Shown here: one piece after another, positions 1 through 14,284 of the stretch
Numbering within the stretch: the stretch's first letter is position 1
Layout of the letters: each line of letters starts with the position of its first letter
NCBI GenBank assembly: GCA_028534125.1
Contig: CM052817.1
Location: forward strand, 14,076,001-14,140,000
Source: Lama glama
Taxonomy: Eukaryota
Length of the DNA stretch: 64,000 nt
Reading direction: 5' to 3'
Notes under the pieces: generated by a model
Told to the model about the DNA's origin: nothing
What the model saw: only the letters and a program-made list of their open reading frames with translations
Databases searched by the model: none
Made by a program: the position numbers and the translations under genes

Positions 1-353
1 TCCTGCTGGGCTGTATCAGTCCTGTTCTCCAGTGTGCTGTGCTGCCATCTTCTTGCAGACCAGCTGCACAGAGCAGTAGCTCAACACATGACTGTCGTGT
101 GAGATGTAAAGAAACAAATCAAGAGAGCAGCTATGAATGAAAAGTGTCAATCAAAGAAACCTACAATGAGCTCTAACTTTTGCCAAGGTGCTATGTGAAG
201 CAAGGGAGTAGGTATGAGAGGAACTGAGCAACCTTCCTAAGTAGCTTCTGAAAAATGAGTCATTTTCCCCTTCATTGCCGTAGAGAATGATACTGGTATC
301 TGCTCTATGATGTTGAGTCTCTTCTTATAGCCCAAAGCTGAGTCAGAGTGTTA

Positions 354-1372
354 AGTAACTCAACTCCAACGGGTCGGATGGCATCACGTGTGCATTCCAA
401 AAGAGCAGAACAGATCCTACCAACAGCAATGCCTCCTCCACTTCTACCCACTGAAAACTGATGAGAGGACCTGGGGGGAAAGACAGAAGAGGCAAGATTG
501 GTAGGGTTTCTTCCCTCTTATCTCCCACAACCCTTCAAACTAAATTGGTAGGTGACACCATGAGTCACTAGTCAATATCTGGGGTGGCCGCAAGAAGGGA
601 AGACTTGCATCTGTTTCTCCTGCTGCAGGCTGCTTGGGTGCAAAACCCTCAGGCCCACCTTGGTACTGCCAGCAAATCAGAGAAGAGCCTGCTGATCTGT
701 GCCTGGGAAAAGCTGGAGTTTAGGAAGAGACACGATGATAGAGACTGATGCCTGGTTGAAGTCTGGAGAATGATGAAAACTGGAGAATCGGTAGAGCAGC
801 CTGAGTGTACAAATAATGTGGCGCAGTGTGTCTAGGGGAAAGTGGGTGCAGCTTATCCTAAGTCCATGGGACACTCACAGGATGTCCATGACTCCACGTG
901 AAGGGTAATGAAGGTTCCAGGGCTGCCTGGACAGCAGACTAGTCTCCCAGAGGTGATGAGTTCTCACGGGACACAGGGCCACGGAAGCTGAATATCAACA
1001 CCAAGGAAGACCATGAGCACCACACACTCAGAAACAGCTACGTCCCAGTGGAATTAGGGACTTTCTCTCCAAATAAAACACAGGAGTGAAGCCTTTTTCT
1101 CTCCCCCTCATGCTGCCTCACATACTGGAGGAGCTAGGTCATAAAAGAAAGGGAAGGGGAGGTAGAGAGTTTTGAACCAAACATGTGAAAAGAAGTTTCA
1201 AAGTACTAAACTTTAATATCTGAAATTGATCAAAAAGTTCTAGAAGATTCCCAAGATGTCATTAAGGGGCAAGACGTGGAGGCATATTAAAATGAGGTGG
1301 TTGTTGGAAAAAAACAAGGTCATTTCACATTAATGCTCCAAAGAATTGAGGCTTTTCAATAAACTGGTTAAG
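354..1372 (+). mobile_element. Ancient LTR-like element (MamRep605/Gypsy-type LTR-like)
   Basis: Begins (a)GTAACTCAACTCCAAC and ends CAATAAACTGGTTA, i.e. degenerate TGTAAC...GTTACA termini with AATAAA at 1358-1363; family name from memory. Confidence 0.4.
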
Positions 1373-1424
1373 TTTCTATTTATCACTGATTTTTATCTTA
1401 CCGGATACAGGTTTTGTTCCTACC

Positions 1425-1532
1425 CTCCTTCAGGGTCAAGAATCTTGTCTTACTATTTTTTTTTTACCTATAGTACTTAACCCTGTTGCTGCCATGCTGA
1501 TGGACATCCAGTGAGTATTCGCTGAAATGAAG
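1425..1532 (+). mobile_element. L2 LINE 3' end fragment
   Basis: agggtcaagaatcttgtctt...gagtattcgctgaaatgaa resembles the L2 3' terminus. Confidence 0.55.
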
Positions 1533-1719
1533 AACACTGCTCATAAGTTCAAATTTCCTTCAATAAAGGTTGAAGAAACACCCAATGATGTGAATGCAAT
1601 GTCACCACTAGTATACTTCACTTCATAGTTACACTCTGCTTCCATAGGCTTCTGTGACCCACTAGAGAAGATTCAAAATATGAGACTTCTGTTACAACTC
1701 CTACCATTTACTGTGGGGT

Positions 1720-1925
1720 CTGCTATACGCTCAACACAGACATATTCTATTTATTCCACTCAAGATTCAATGACTAGGCATTACTAGTCCCATCTCACAC
1801 ACAGGACAACTAAAGCTTTGGGAAGTTAAGAGCCTGGCCCAAGGTCATATAGCTCGTAAGATATAAAAATGGAACTTCCCAACTCAGGTCTTTTTTTATT
1901 CCAAATCCTGTGCCTATTCCACTCT
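1720..1925 (-). mobile_element. MIR SINE
   Basis: gaagttaagagcctggcccaaggtcatatagct = reverse complement of the MIR core. Confidence 0.75.
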
Positions 1926-2919
1926 CCCACACGTTTCCACAGTGACTCTTCTCTGCATTTTCATTACAATCAAATACAGCACACCCACTCACCCACTCAC
2001 TCCATCAAATATTCATTGACTTTCCACGGAACCAGTTAAGTGGCTTGGGCAAATGCATAAACAAGTGTGAGCACTTAGGATTCAAGCCCAACAACGCTCC
2101 GAGGAGTAAGTTAAAGGAAAGTGCTTTCCTCCATTTATTCTTTCTTTTTCTCTGCAATCAGTTCTAAGACATTAAGATGAACCACTGCGTTTTCTGTGTA
2201 GCACGAGAACTTAATCCTCTCTAGTCATCAAGAAAAGACAAATAGACTGAACAGCACCTCTGTGGCAGGGACACAGCAGTGGGGGTAGCAGGCGAGGGTG
2301 AGCAGAGGAGGGAAGAGCAGAGGAATCAGTCCCCATGGCCCTTAGTTCACTATCAGCTCTCAGTCTCTCTACTCCTCGAGGCCTCTGATGCAGAAAGGAG
2401 CTGACAAAATGTACCCACACTGCAGAGGGTGGAAAGACAGGCTATGAAAGGAACCTGTTAGTAGACAGCATTTCCAGTGGCTCACCAGCAGGGTGCTTGA
2501 CCAGGTCCAATAATGCTTGGGAGTGGTCCTATGTCTGATGAGATAAACACTGTTTCTTTTGCTGGCACATAGGTCCTTAGGCGTTAAGCCTGGCAAAGTA
2601 CCAGCTAAAGACAGTGTTTATTTGCCTTCAAGAAGAGATTCTAAATATCCTTATAGGGGCTACAAAGATTTTTTTCAGGAAGTGTACTGGTCTTTTGTCT
2701 ACATCAGAAATGAGGTTCTAATAGGCTTGTATCTGAAATTACACAATAGAACCCCCTGTAAGGTGTCCATGTGGTCTGAGCAGACCAGCCAATAATTCTA
2801 AGTGGCCTAACTGCCAGGGTATATTTAGAGACACTAAAATAAATACCTAAAAACCCCTAACTTGCCTGGAGCCCAAGAAGAGAGAATAAGAATCCTGCCC
2901 CAAATAAGATTTAGATTTA

Positions 2920-3167
2920 ATGGCAGCTAATAATTATCGAGTGTCTCTTATAGGGCCATGCCCTGTTCTGAGCAATTTTCATACTTATTAAAACACTTAA
3001 TACGCAAGCCTATAAGGACATGCCATTACTACATCCATTTAACCCACTGAGGAAACAAGAGGACAAGGAGGTTATAAAACTTGCCCAGGGTCACAGAGCT
3101 ACAACTTTGTGGGGCTGGAATTTGACCCCAAGGCACCTCACGCCCTCACTCCTAACCATTACATTGT
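2920..3167 (-). mobile_element. MIR SINE, near full length
   Basis: ctgaggaaacaagag...aacttgcccagggtcacagagct...ctggaatttgacccc. Confidence 0.85.
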
Positions 3168-3899
3168 ACCAAGGAGAATAGTGTCTCTGCTTTTACAGAT
3201 CCTATTTTAGAATTCGCAGAGTCTTCATCTTCCGTGGCGATACCTATTAACAGGTGAACTCAGCGTTTGGCTTGCCGTCTTAGCACAGTGCTTGGCACTC
3301 AGCAAATTCTGTTTTAAAGAACCAATCGAAAGAGGAAATTTTCTACCATTCACACTTTTACCTTTAACTCAGTTCATTGTTAAATGAGAAAATGCTGTCT
3401 GCCTACCTGAGAAAATAACTTACGAAAATATTTCCACCAGCTTTGTTTCAATACACTTTAACATAAATGTGTGGTATTTATAGATGGCTTCTATTTGGGT
3501 ATAAGAAAGACTCCTGGGTTGACTTTCATGAGGTGAAAATGTATGCTCCTGAGGCATAGAAAGATACTGGAACGTTCTTAATTTATTCCATTATCTTTTA
3601 ATTAAATTGCCCTCTATTATCATTTTGTGAAGTGGAATCGTGAACTTGTTGGACCATAGAATTTGGCATCCAGGACTTCTTTTGTCATAATCGTTGCATC
3701 TTCAATTCATTTGTCCTTCAGAGCTTTGTCTATTCTGTGCCTCTAATTACTATCTACAGCTGTACCCAGGTTTGAAACACTCTTTTTCAACAATTGGGCA
3801 TCCAACAGGGGCGCCCAACAGCATCCAAATGTTATCAGTGAGTATTCTCAGCAAGAAACTCCATGCATATATTTGTCTGAGTATTTTCTTAGTGCCTAT

Positions 3900-4090
3900 C
3901 ACTGACCTATGTACTTGAACTTAGATGACCTCATTACATTGTATGAGCAACTGCCTTTACATGTGAAATCAGAATAACAAGTCCCTATTATGACCACATA
4001 GGGTCCTCGTAAGGGTTCAGTGAATTCATGATGTCAACTTTGGGAACAGACTTAGAACACAGCATGCTCTATTCAGTGTCATCTCTTATT
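3900..4090 (+). mobile_element. MIR SINE (diverged)
   Basis: catgtgaaatcagaataac...catagggtcctcgtaagggttcagtga. Confidence 0.6.
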
Positions 4091-4104
4091 ACTCTTCTTC
4101 TTTG

Positions 4105-4470
4105 AGCTCTTTACTTGGAAATCTCACAAGGATCTCAAAATTAACACATCTAAAACTGAAACATCCCGTTCCCCAAGACTATTTGCCAAAGCCCCTATTT
4201 CAGTCTCCCTTGACTCAAGAATGGCATTAGCATCATCATCTACCTCATATCAGGCACCTGAGTGTAGAGATGACTTCTAATTGGTCCTTTCTTGCATTGC
4301 TCAATCTATAGACAAGTCTTAGAGTGCTTATCAAAAATATATCTTGATTCTACTATTTGAGGCACCATCATTTCTTGTCTGGGCTACTGAAATAGTTTAT
4401 CAAGTGCTCCCACCACTTTCACTCTTCACCACCTTCCAGCATTCTCTTCCTAGCAGCCAGCGTAATTTCC
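4105..4470 (+). mobile_element. L2 LINE fragment
   Basis: atctcaaaattaacacatctaaaactgaa...caccatcatttcttgtctgggctactg, typical of L2. Confidence 0.75.
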
Positions 4471-5144
4471 ACCCATGAAGTGGACGGAAGTTGTCTCAAC
4501 AATGTGTCTTTTTTAGAGGTTCCAGACAATCTGGAAAGCACATGTGAATTGCAAAAAAAAAACCCCACACACCTGTAGAGAACATTACAATAAAAAACAG
4601 TGGGCCATTAAATAGCTCTTAGAAGCCTGCTATCTTTCAAGACAGTGTATCAATTCATCTACCTTCTCTAGGGGGTGATGGGGAAAACATAGCACAATTT
4701 CCAGAGACATTTTAAACACTAATTACTTCAACCCGTGTCTGTCATAGTTAAAGCTACATTAACAGAGGCAAATGAGTTGACAGGTGATTGTAAAATAAAA
4801 GACTACTTTAATATAATAGGCATTAGGATATTTTACTTCAGTCTACACATTGTCATGCCCCCAAGCCAACTGACTAAGGAGTTACATTTAACTCTTCAGA
4901 AACTCCAGAAAAAAGTCACAGTAGGCATTGTGTTTTAAAACCTCTTCACAATTTTTTTCTGATGAACAGCATGATGAGACAATGTTTTTAAGCAATTATG
5001 AATATAGCAAAATTCATGTTCAACCGTCACAGTATATTCTTGTTATGACTAGTTCTTTCTACCCAAAGCAGCGAAACAAAAATTAAGACAAAGAAAATGC
5101 AGTCTCATCCTTACATCCTCATCCCCAACCTATTCACCTGTAGC

Positions 5145-5350
5145 AGAGCAGTTAAAACCAAATCCTACCTCTGCTCGTTACTACCTGTTTGACCTCAGAC
5201 GAAACTCTCAAATCTTCTAATGTTTGAGATCTTTATCTCTACAGTGGGGGTGAAAAATCATAATTCTAACTTCATTATGTTATAAGTGCATTAAGTGAGT
5301 TAATATTTGTTAAACACCCGGAACATTAGGCAATGCACATAGTACAAGGT
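5145..5350 (+). mobile_element. MIR SINE
   Basis: aaatcctacctctgctcgttactacctgtttgacctc...attaagtgagttaatatttgttaaacac. Confidence 0.7.
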
Positions 5351-5588
5351 ATTTTGCTTTTTATCTTTACTTCTGTGGTCTTTTTTTTTTTTTTTAATAT
5401 GTCAGTGCCTCTGTTGCTAGAAGTGATTAATTCTCTAATTCTATAAGTTTTCTTTTTTACTCTTTTTACTGTCAAATGCTATATTAAATATAAAATTGCA
5501 TTGATAATGGTGATTTGATATGATTTAGTTCTAAATAATATTCAGGATCTTTCTCTTTCCAGCATAATTATATTGAGCCTCTGAAGTA

Positions 5589-5793
5589 CCGCTGACCCTT
5601 GAACAACACTAGTTTGAACTACATGGGTCCACTTATATGCAGATTTTTTTCCGTAGTAAAGAATACAACACTACACAATCTGTCATGATATGGAGGAACC
5701 ACGGATACAGAGCGCCAACTACAAGTTACACTCAGATTTTTGACAGTGGGAGTGTCAGGGCCACCAACCCCTGCATTACTCAAGGATCAAATG
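5589..5793. mobile_element. Tigger2a-type MITE (TcMar-Tigger)
   Basis: TIRs ccgctgacccttgaacaacac / cattactcaaggatcaaatg; TA target duplication at 5587-5588 and 5794-5795. Confidence 0.85.
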
Positions 5794-6289
5794 TACTCTT
5801 TTCACAACAGATATTCATTGGATCATGTATATCTCCCTTAAAACCTTAAGGTGGATTTAGACAACATCAAAATTGTATATTATTCCTGCCACGTTTCTTT
5901 GCCATCAGAATGTTTCCTTCCTGTGAAAGACTCAGGTGTGGTGTGAGTCAGGTCCTTCCCCCTCCTTAACTGAAAAGATCTGAAACACATCTGATGGCGA
6001 GCTTGGACGACCTGGTTGGCAGGCTCTGCTGTGCTTGGTCCTCATCTCACCTGCCCCTCAGCTAGGCCTGCCTTGGTCCCGTTCTTCTTGTGAATGGATT
6101 GGTAGTGTCCATCTTTTTGTGTTCCCGAGCTGGGACCATTTTGCTCCCACACTAAGCAGATGGTTTGGCTTCCACATTCACCCTAGCATTTCATCTCTTA
6201 GTTCAGATTCAGATAGGGGTAAGATTTATTTACTGATAGCCCTTTTGGACACACACCCCAAGATCTTCACACAACTGTAAAATGCACCA

Positions 6290-6712
6290 TGCACCTGACT
6301 TTTCCTCAAACTTTGTGTGATACTTTCTGACTTATGCTATAGCCACTGTGACTTTTTTCTCCTTCTTCCAATTCTGTGAACATCTCAAGTTCTTTTCCAT
6401 TTTTTGGCTTTTATACCTGTTATTCCTCTGTCTTCCCATTCTTCACATACTTAACACTTTTACACTTCTTGGGCTTCATTTTAAATATCACCTTTTCAGA
6501 GAAACCTTCTAAGTAAGCCCCCTGTCAGTCTCACAGCATCCCATATTTTTCTATCACTTATTTCTTGAACTATTTGCTGTCTGTCTCCATCACCAGATTG
6601 TACGCTCCATGGAAACAAAGATGTTGGTTTGCCTGTCCATGGATTCCTTGGTACCAAGCACAAGCCCAACACATAACGAAGTCAATACATACTTGTTGAA
6701 TCCATAAATGAC
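6290..6712 (+). mobile_element. L2 LINE 3' region
   Basis: aaatatcaccttttcagagaaaccttc...ccagattgtacgctccatgg...caatacatacttgttgaat. Confidence 0.8.
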
Positions 6713-8819
6713 TTCTATCTTAACTGAACTAAACAACCATGAATTCATCATATGTGTGCAGAAAGGCACTTTACTAAGTTAGCGATATGTCCTTGCCCCC
6801 TGGAAGACTGTTTTCCAAAAAAGCAGTCGCAATCCATCTAGAAACCATCAAATATCCATCTTTCCCTTCTGCTAGCTTTGTGGATTTCCATGCCCCAGCT
6901 GACAAATAATCACCAGCAAAGAGAACATCAACATAGAACTACTTATCAAAAGAAGGAGTAACTTAACCCCCAAAAATATCTCGAAGGAAACTTCTCTTCC
7001 TAATTGTATAACTACATATAAATCTTACAAAGTATATGGAAAAAATATTCCTGCCATTACATTAATTTGTTTTGTGTATCTTGTTTTTCCAATGATACAG
7101 AAAGATTCTAGGAGTCGAAAGTCCTAACTTTAGCTCTGTATTCTTTAAAATGCCTAATAATAGTTGGACACCTTTTAGGTGTTCCATAGATAAGTGCTGA
7201 ATTAACTTATGAGTTATTATATTATGTCCAATATTATCATAGATACTGGAGAAATAACATATGTATGTTCTACTACTCATGAACTCAAATGTGAAGGAAG
7301 AGCAGAGAGGCTTACATTTTTAACTTAAAGGAAAATATCCAACCACTTCCCATATCTCTGTAAGATTTTCTAAAAAATGAAAAATGCCTCACAAAATAAC
7401 TAATATCCTAGATAGTTACTCATTGATGTAAAATCACCTCATTTCCCAGGACTTAGAAGGTCGTCCTTTTTTCCTTTAAACAATTTAGAGTACAAATGTT
7501 CACATTATCACTAGAACAATGATTATTGTGAAAAGCATGTTCCTATGCTGTGGTTGCCCTAAATCAGGGATTTAGGAGTGTAGCAAAGAATCGGAAAACA
7601 TGACTCTGCTTCTCGAGTGAGGAAACTCTATACAATTGAATTAATTAACAGCAATTCAATCTTCAAGTCATTGTGACATATTTTAGTAAACCAGCAGTAA
7701 TTATTTCCTGTCTAATCTTTATAATCATAACTAATCAGAAAGGGGTTGTTCTTGATTTGAAAATTAAATTATATTAAATTTATAAATGATATTGCTACAA
7801 AGAAAAATAAGGCCTTCTTATATTACCAAATCAAGAAATTAACCAGAATTTTCTTTAATGGCACATTTCTTGGATTGATGGATATATAGGTCAATACATG
7901 TGTGTGTGGAAGGATGAAGACATGGACAAATATATAAATAAGTATCTGTATATCATAAAATTGAAGTTATGTGCCTTTCTGGGATTTGAACATATAACTT
8001 TAGTTCATTTTAACAGTTCTTAATTGCCTATTATCCCAAGCATCATACCACATGGAACAAAAATATGAATAAGATTTCTATGAGATCTAGGGCTAGATCA
8101 TATTCTAGTATGATGGAGGTCCTATTTACAGAGACTAAACTTACAATCTGGTTTTCATCTCTATGGATTTTCTACAAACATCAACACTTTTCAAAGAAAT
8201 GCTATCAAAGGATGCACAGAGGACCCCAAGCTGCCCACAAAATGTTAGCAACTGACTCTTCTATTATCAGATGCATTTCAGCAAAATGATCTAGCACCTT
8301 TGAGAGATGCTTTTTTCTTATTGTGTATAACGCACACCAAATCACAAAGGGGTTCTTCTTAATGTATTTTCAGGGGACAGGACAAAGCTGCTTTATGCTT
8401 TTCCTACATGCATTTGTATAACTTAGATGACAGAATTTGGTCTACAGAATTTTGAACCTCATTAATTAAGATGCCATTCTTTAGAGGATTGTGGCATTCA
8501 GAAAATGCCTAGGCTGCAGTTTCCTTCTAAGTAAAATTTCCGTCAATGGTAGTAAATGAATATATACTTCCCAAGGTAATGATAAATGTGTGTAAGATAA
8601 TATGCTGAGCGTACTAAAAATACACAAAACAGAAAAGAACTTTCTAAGATAGTGCCTCACTTATTCTGATATTCCTCTATCCTCACCTCCTTACCCTATG
8701 CAGTATTAATTAAAAAGAAAAAAAGAGAGAGAGAGAGAGATAAGAAAAAGACAGAAGAATCAATGCTTCCTACCACATGGAGTCATGGACTTCTTGGCAT
8801 ATATTACACTGCAGCTCAT

Positions 8820-9050
8820 GGAAGGTGATGCAGTGTCATGGAGCAGGTGTGGGCTTGGGCAGCAAAGAACTGGTTAAAATCCTAGCCCTGATAGTTCCAG
8901 TAGGGTGACCCTATAATATTCAGGCTTTTAACTGGTGAAACTGAGATAAAACCTATCCTACAGGACTACTATGAAAGAGAAATATGTGATGGATAGAAAG
9001 AACCTACCACAGTAGCTGGCACATAGTAGGTGCTCAACATGTTATCAGTT
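8820..9050 (+). mobile_element. MIR SINE
   Basis: Ends acagtagctggcacatagtaggtgctcaacatgtta. Confidence 0.75.
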
Positions 9051-9724
9051 TTAGAGGAAAATTGTAATGGATAAAATAGAAATCGTTCATACTGCCTTGA
9101 AAATTTCTGCTCTGTCAGATTTTAAAACCAAATCTGTATACTCAAAAAATGGGAAAGCAGGACAATCACATCAAATATTGTGAAATCAGCCTTCTCAAAA
9201 TCAATCTGCATTTCTAGTTAGTCACAGTCAGTGAGGTTTACATTGCCTTTAACTCCTGTACCCCCAGGGGCCAGCCACTTCCTGCTTCCTTTATTCACGT
9301 CTGCCTTTCCCTGAAAGTATCTTCCCAGGTTCAAATCTCATCAACAGAGGCCAAAACATTGCCTAAAAACCAACTTTTCTTTTTAATTTTCTGAAGAAAC
9401 TGCTATGGGGTCAGCCCTAATCAGCACTTAATTTTCATACATTATCATCAAGTACTAAGGATTAAGTTTATAAATGACTAATGGAAGTGCTTAATTGAAC
9501 GGCACCCTCTGCTGTCCCCAGTGATTACAGGCCATTGCTCTCACTGATCCCGGATCAGTGGTTCTTCCGATTAAACCATCAACTCTGCATTTCTCCTAGT
9601 CTTCATTTAGAAACCCATCTGTAGCTCAAATAAAAAAAATTTTTTTGAATTATTATATAGTCTTTGTTGGCAACTCAGAATGCATTTTTGGTTCTCCTCC
9701 CTAGAAACCAGAGCTCAATTTTGG

Positions 9725-10020
9725 GAATGTGGCAAAGATGCCAGCTACACTAGATACCTATTCCAGCTGCCCTCACAAGTGGTCATGTGACACTGCTCTG
9801 GCCAATGAGAAGTAGACTCTGCTTAGGATTTCTGCAAAAATTAGGCTGTATTTTCATAGGTTTTACTTCATATGGCTTTTATTCTTTCCTCCTGCCTAGA
9901 ATTGGAAGGGAGATACACTGCAGTAACTATTTGGAGATTGCATGGATGAAAACCAAACAGGCTGGGACAGAAGGAAGAATCAAAAGTCCACAATCATTGA
10001 TTGCTGACCCTTACTGCAGA
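9725..10020 (+). mobile_element. MaLR LTR fragment (MLT1J/K/L-like)
   Basis: gtggtcatgtgacactgctctggccaatgagaagta, a motif of old MLT1 LTRs. Confidence 0.55.
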
Positions 10021-10809
10021 CAAATGGACTAGGTTTAGGTCATAGTCTGTCTTGGGATGGGAAGAGAAGTGATAAAACCTATCACTGCAAACACAGTGGA
10101 GGGGGAAAGGGAGCAAAATACACTAAAGCTCCTTAAAATTCCAGTGTCCTATCCAGATAAAATAATTAATTAATATGACTTCAGGTCACCTGAAGATGGG
10201 ACATAGAGCATCAAGAGCACAAGTTTGAGACAGTGGTTAAAGTATGCGTCTCCAAGTTAAGATTAGTTCAGGAACTAAAAAAGTCTACCCCATAACTGAG
10301 AGAACTCAGTTTTGAGATGAGAGGGGTGACTGAAAGCTGGGACTAATGGAATGAGCTCTTTAATTTCATAGGAATCAATCTTCTTGGTCTTTTCATTTTC
10401 TTATAGTCTCTTGAATAAGGTTTGCTATAATGAATTATTCTCAGATCTCCTTCCAGGCTTGTTACACTTTTTAATGTTACCCTGGGAAGTAGTAAATCCT
10501 TAGATTCCTTTGCAGGGTTCTAAGTGGAAAGATTTGGGAACAACTGCCAAGAGAGGTATTATCATCAACATTATGGTCTCTGATGCATGATCCCAGGTAT
10601 TATGAGATAAAAGACAAGACTGTTACTGCTTTGTGAATCTGAGGGTGTCTGGTCTTTCTAGACATTAAATGAATCATGGCATGTCCTGGAAACTTACACT
10701 TTGATCATGTTCAGTGAGCAGAGACGGCTGAGCTTTCGCTGAATTCACAATTCACAATTGTCAGGAAACTCCAAAGGCTTTTATTTAGTCATCATTCCAC
10801 TATGCAATA

Positions 10810-11000
10810 ATTAATAACCAGCACATATCTATCACTTACTAGATATCAGACAATGTGCAATGCCCTGTCTACAGCTGAGCTCATTTAATTCTCCCAACTC
10901 CAAGATGAGGTGTTATTACCATCTTCATTCTTCAGACAAATAAATCGTATGTGGCAAAGGCCAAGTTCCCTGACCTCTCTGACTCAGTTTGGATGAGGCA
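10810..11000 (-). mobile_element. MIR SINE
   Basis: ctcatttaattctcccaactccaagatgaggtgttattaccatcttcatt. Confidence 0.65.
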
Positions 11001-13852
11001 CTGAGATACCTCAAAGAGTATTCTGGAGCCATCATTTTTCTCATTGTAATCTTTGGTATAAAAAAAATCTCCTGGCAAACACATAATGCACCTTGGGCTC
11101 TGAGGTCATACATCCTACATGCAGGTCTGAGTCCTACACAGACCTGAAACTGACCACAATGTCACAAGCATGATTGCATTATTTAATTATGATATTTTGT
11201 TTATAATTCGCCTTTGGCTAGTAACTATTTTTAAGGTTATGATTCATTCTTTAAATATTTGCCTTTGCCTTTTCTTTACATATTGTGATATATCAATATC
11301 TAGGATCAGGTACCTTAGTCTGAATGAATATAGTACAACTTAGCACAGTAACACTTTCAGATATTAGCAACAATTTGGTGACAATTTGGTATATAATTGT
11401 TGATATTTTTAAAAGTGTTTTATGAAAGTTTTATTAACTTTATAAAAGAAAAATTGGCAGTGGAACATGAACATCGAATACTCCTAACACATGGTTATAA
11501 ATTACATGTTTTTCCCAATAACATCTGAAAAAGAAACTCTAAATTTCAAAACCACTTGGCATACCTACTAGATAGTGCTGACACATGAAGTAAAAGGAGG
11601 AACTAGAGAGGCCCGATAATTGTTGGTATAATGAATTAATGCATGGGGGATACACGGAACACAGGACCTCTCATTTCTTTACAAATGTCTTAAAAGCTAC
11701 ATAGGACTCATTGGGTAGGCTAATTCTAGATCATGGAATAAAGGGTTATCAAAAGATTCTAAGGTAATTAAAATGTCACAATAAGATAAGTAGATTCATC
11801 AATTTGTTTATTCATTCAGTAAATATGTTTGGATAATTTTTAAGGACCAGGCTAAACACGACAGAAACCAAGTCTCTGCAAATTGAAGACAGCCAGACAG
11901 GTCACCAGAGGGTAAGTCATGAGTTACACTCATAGAGAAGAAACTGGGCTATGTGCCCTGGGTACAAGCAAAGACCCCAGAGATGGTTTCCCAGAGGCTA
12001 CAAGGTAGGTATGCAGTTCAGGTCTGAAGTGTAAAAGTTGAGGCTGAAATCCTTAAAAATGTGATTTTGAAGGTTCATGTCAAAGCATGTTCCCTCTGAG
12101 CTGCAATAACCACTGGCAGAAGAAAGAAGCTGGTTCTATGGTTTTTGACAGAGTCTGGAGACTTAATCTGCTCTTTTAGCTCGTTATCCGAGGCTCCCAA
12201 GTGAATACCAACCTGCTTGCCTTGCCTCATCTAGAATTAGAGGATAAAGAGAAGGGAAATTGGAAAGTGGTTTTGAAGACCACTGTTTTTTGCTTTTTGT
12301 TTTTAACTTGCTATTACTGTAAAGTCAGAAGAGGGCAAGAATCTTGCATCTGGAAAAAATAATGATGGCAATGGGGTAAAAAATTAAAAGACAGGTATGG
12401 TGTGAGGTGGGATTTTTGTCTGTCTCTTTATTTTCTAAATGTTGTATTAAAATGTATTATTAAATACATTGTTTTATTCTATTTTAGATAGAAATACATC
12501 AAGTAGTTAATAGTCAGCAATAATATAACATACAAGTCATAGTATGAGAAATTCTTACTTTTTTTCAAAACTTGATATAGACAATTATTATACGAGGTAA
12601 GTTAAAAACTGAGGGTACACTTCTATCTTCAGCAACCCTCTTGGTGTTCAGCGCATGATAAGTATCCTTTGAGAATTTCTAACGTGTTGATAGACTTTGA
12701 GTCCTGGCACAGTCAACTGCAATATGAAATCACTGTGATATTGAAATAGGAATATGTTTATATAAATATGTAGGTACAAAGAGACAGATGTGCATTTATT
12801 AAAAAAAAAAAGAAAAAAATAGATTTTTCCCCTTCTGCAAAGAAATTTTTTAGGCTAATTATTTTACATAAGACCAATAACAAAAATATTTCTCTGTCAT
12901 GCGTGCCACAGTACCAGGTGGCTTTTTGTAACTGCACTTTAAAAACAAATCCATGCAACCACCTCATTTTGTGGCGAGGTTCACAACGTTTATACTTATA
13001 TGATTTTTTTCCCATACTTAGAACATATGACTTTCTCTTATAATGAAATACTATTTTAATAAAAATATAAAATTATTTCAAGTTGAATGCACTCCTTTTT
13101 TGTGCATGGCAAAAATTAAATTAGGAAACACATAAGATGAAGGTAATATTAGAAACATAAACTGGATATCTCCACCCTTACAAGTCAGTAGATACGTTCT
13201 CTACTGAAATTTTCAATAATTAATATGACTGTCTTTTTGGAAAAATCTCTAAATCTGAGGAGGTTAAAATCAGTCCCTGTGTATCAACTTGTGAACGAAC
13301 TAATTTGGCACTTTGTCTTTAAGTGTTTTTGTTTCTTTTTTTTCCTAGTTGCTGATGGGCAATCAGAAGTGTTAAGCCTGCCGACTAATTAAAACATTTT
13401 CTAAATTACATGGATCTCTGGAGAAGATGCATTCTACTTAACCTTGACATTTGTTTTAAATTACAGGACTCTAACATATTATATCATCCAAGATTTAAAA
13501 ATCAACTTTATTGCTTTTCTAATTTGTATCTCAAGTGTTAGATGTCCTATTGAAAGCTAATAAATTAAGGGAAAAGAGAAGAAGTCTCCTCTACACCTGC
13601 CAGTGAGAACCAACAATATTTATAACTACATAGTACCATCTTCCGAAGGAGTTTAAAATCCCCTCTAGATGACTAATCAATAATGTTCCATAAATGTTCT
13701 GTTAAAGTTCTGTAAATCAGGAAGATAGCTGGACAGATATGTATCAAAACAAAAGCCATTTAGTAGTGACATATTATGAATGCAGGCTCCCTCATTTAAA
13801 CTGACTGCTAAAATGATCTTTAAGGAAACTCTTGAGCAGTTGTAGAAGACAC

Positions 13853-14249
13853 TGGTGGCACCCGCTCAGCCCCCCTTCACAGTCTGGGGCGCCCATTCGT
13901 AGTGCACAGTGTTGCTCTTAGCAGTGCACAACTGTGAGTCTCTCCTAAGAACTGCCTTTGGTTGGAAACGCCCAACTGTCATAGCCTACGGCCAGTGGCT
14001 GAATGATGCAACATACAAATGGCCAGCCCCCTTCCCCCAAGGTGAGGCAACTCTGTGGTGCCATCTGCCATGCCACATGCAAGCCAGAATTTTCCATAGA
14101 ATCAGGCTGAGGCTAAACTTCAGCTGGGCTGACACCTTAATCTAGCCTTATCCTACTCTGCCTCCTCACTCCCTTTTGTGTCTACCTGAGCACCCTAACA
14201 ATAAGCCACCTGCACAAGAGCCTGATTCTGTGGAACCTAACCTAAAACA
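13853..14249 (+). mobile_element. ERVL LTR16-family solo LTR
   Basis: aactctgtggtgccat...atcaggctgaggcta... and 3' end caataagccacctgcacaag...ggaacctaacctaaaaca. Confidence 0.75.
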
Positions 14250-14284
14250 GAATGTTTCCAAGACCAACATCATTAATATAATAC

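Noticed and set aside
11122..11146. 8-bp stem hairpin CAGGTCTG...CAGACCTG
   Set aside because: Too short; expected by chance in 64 kb.
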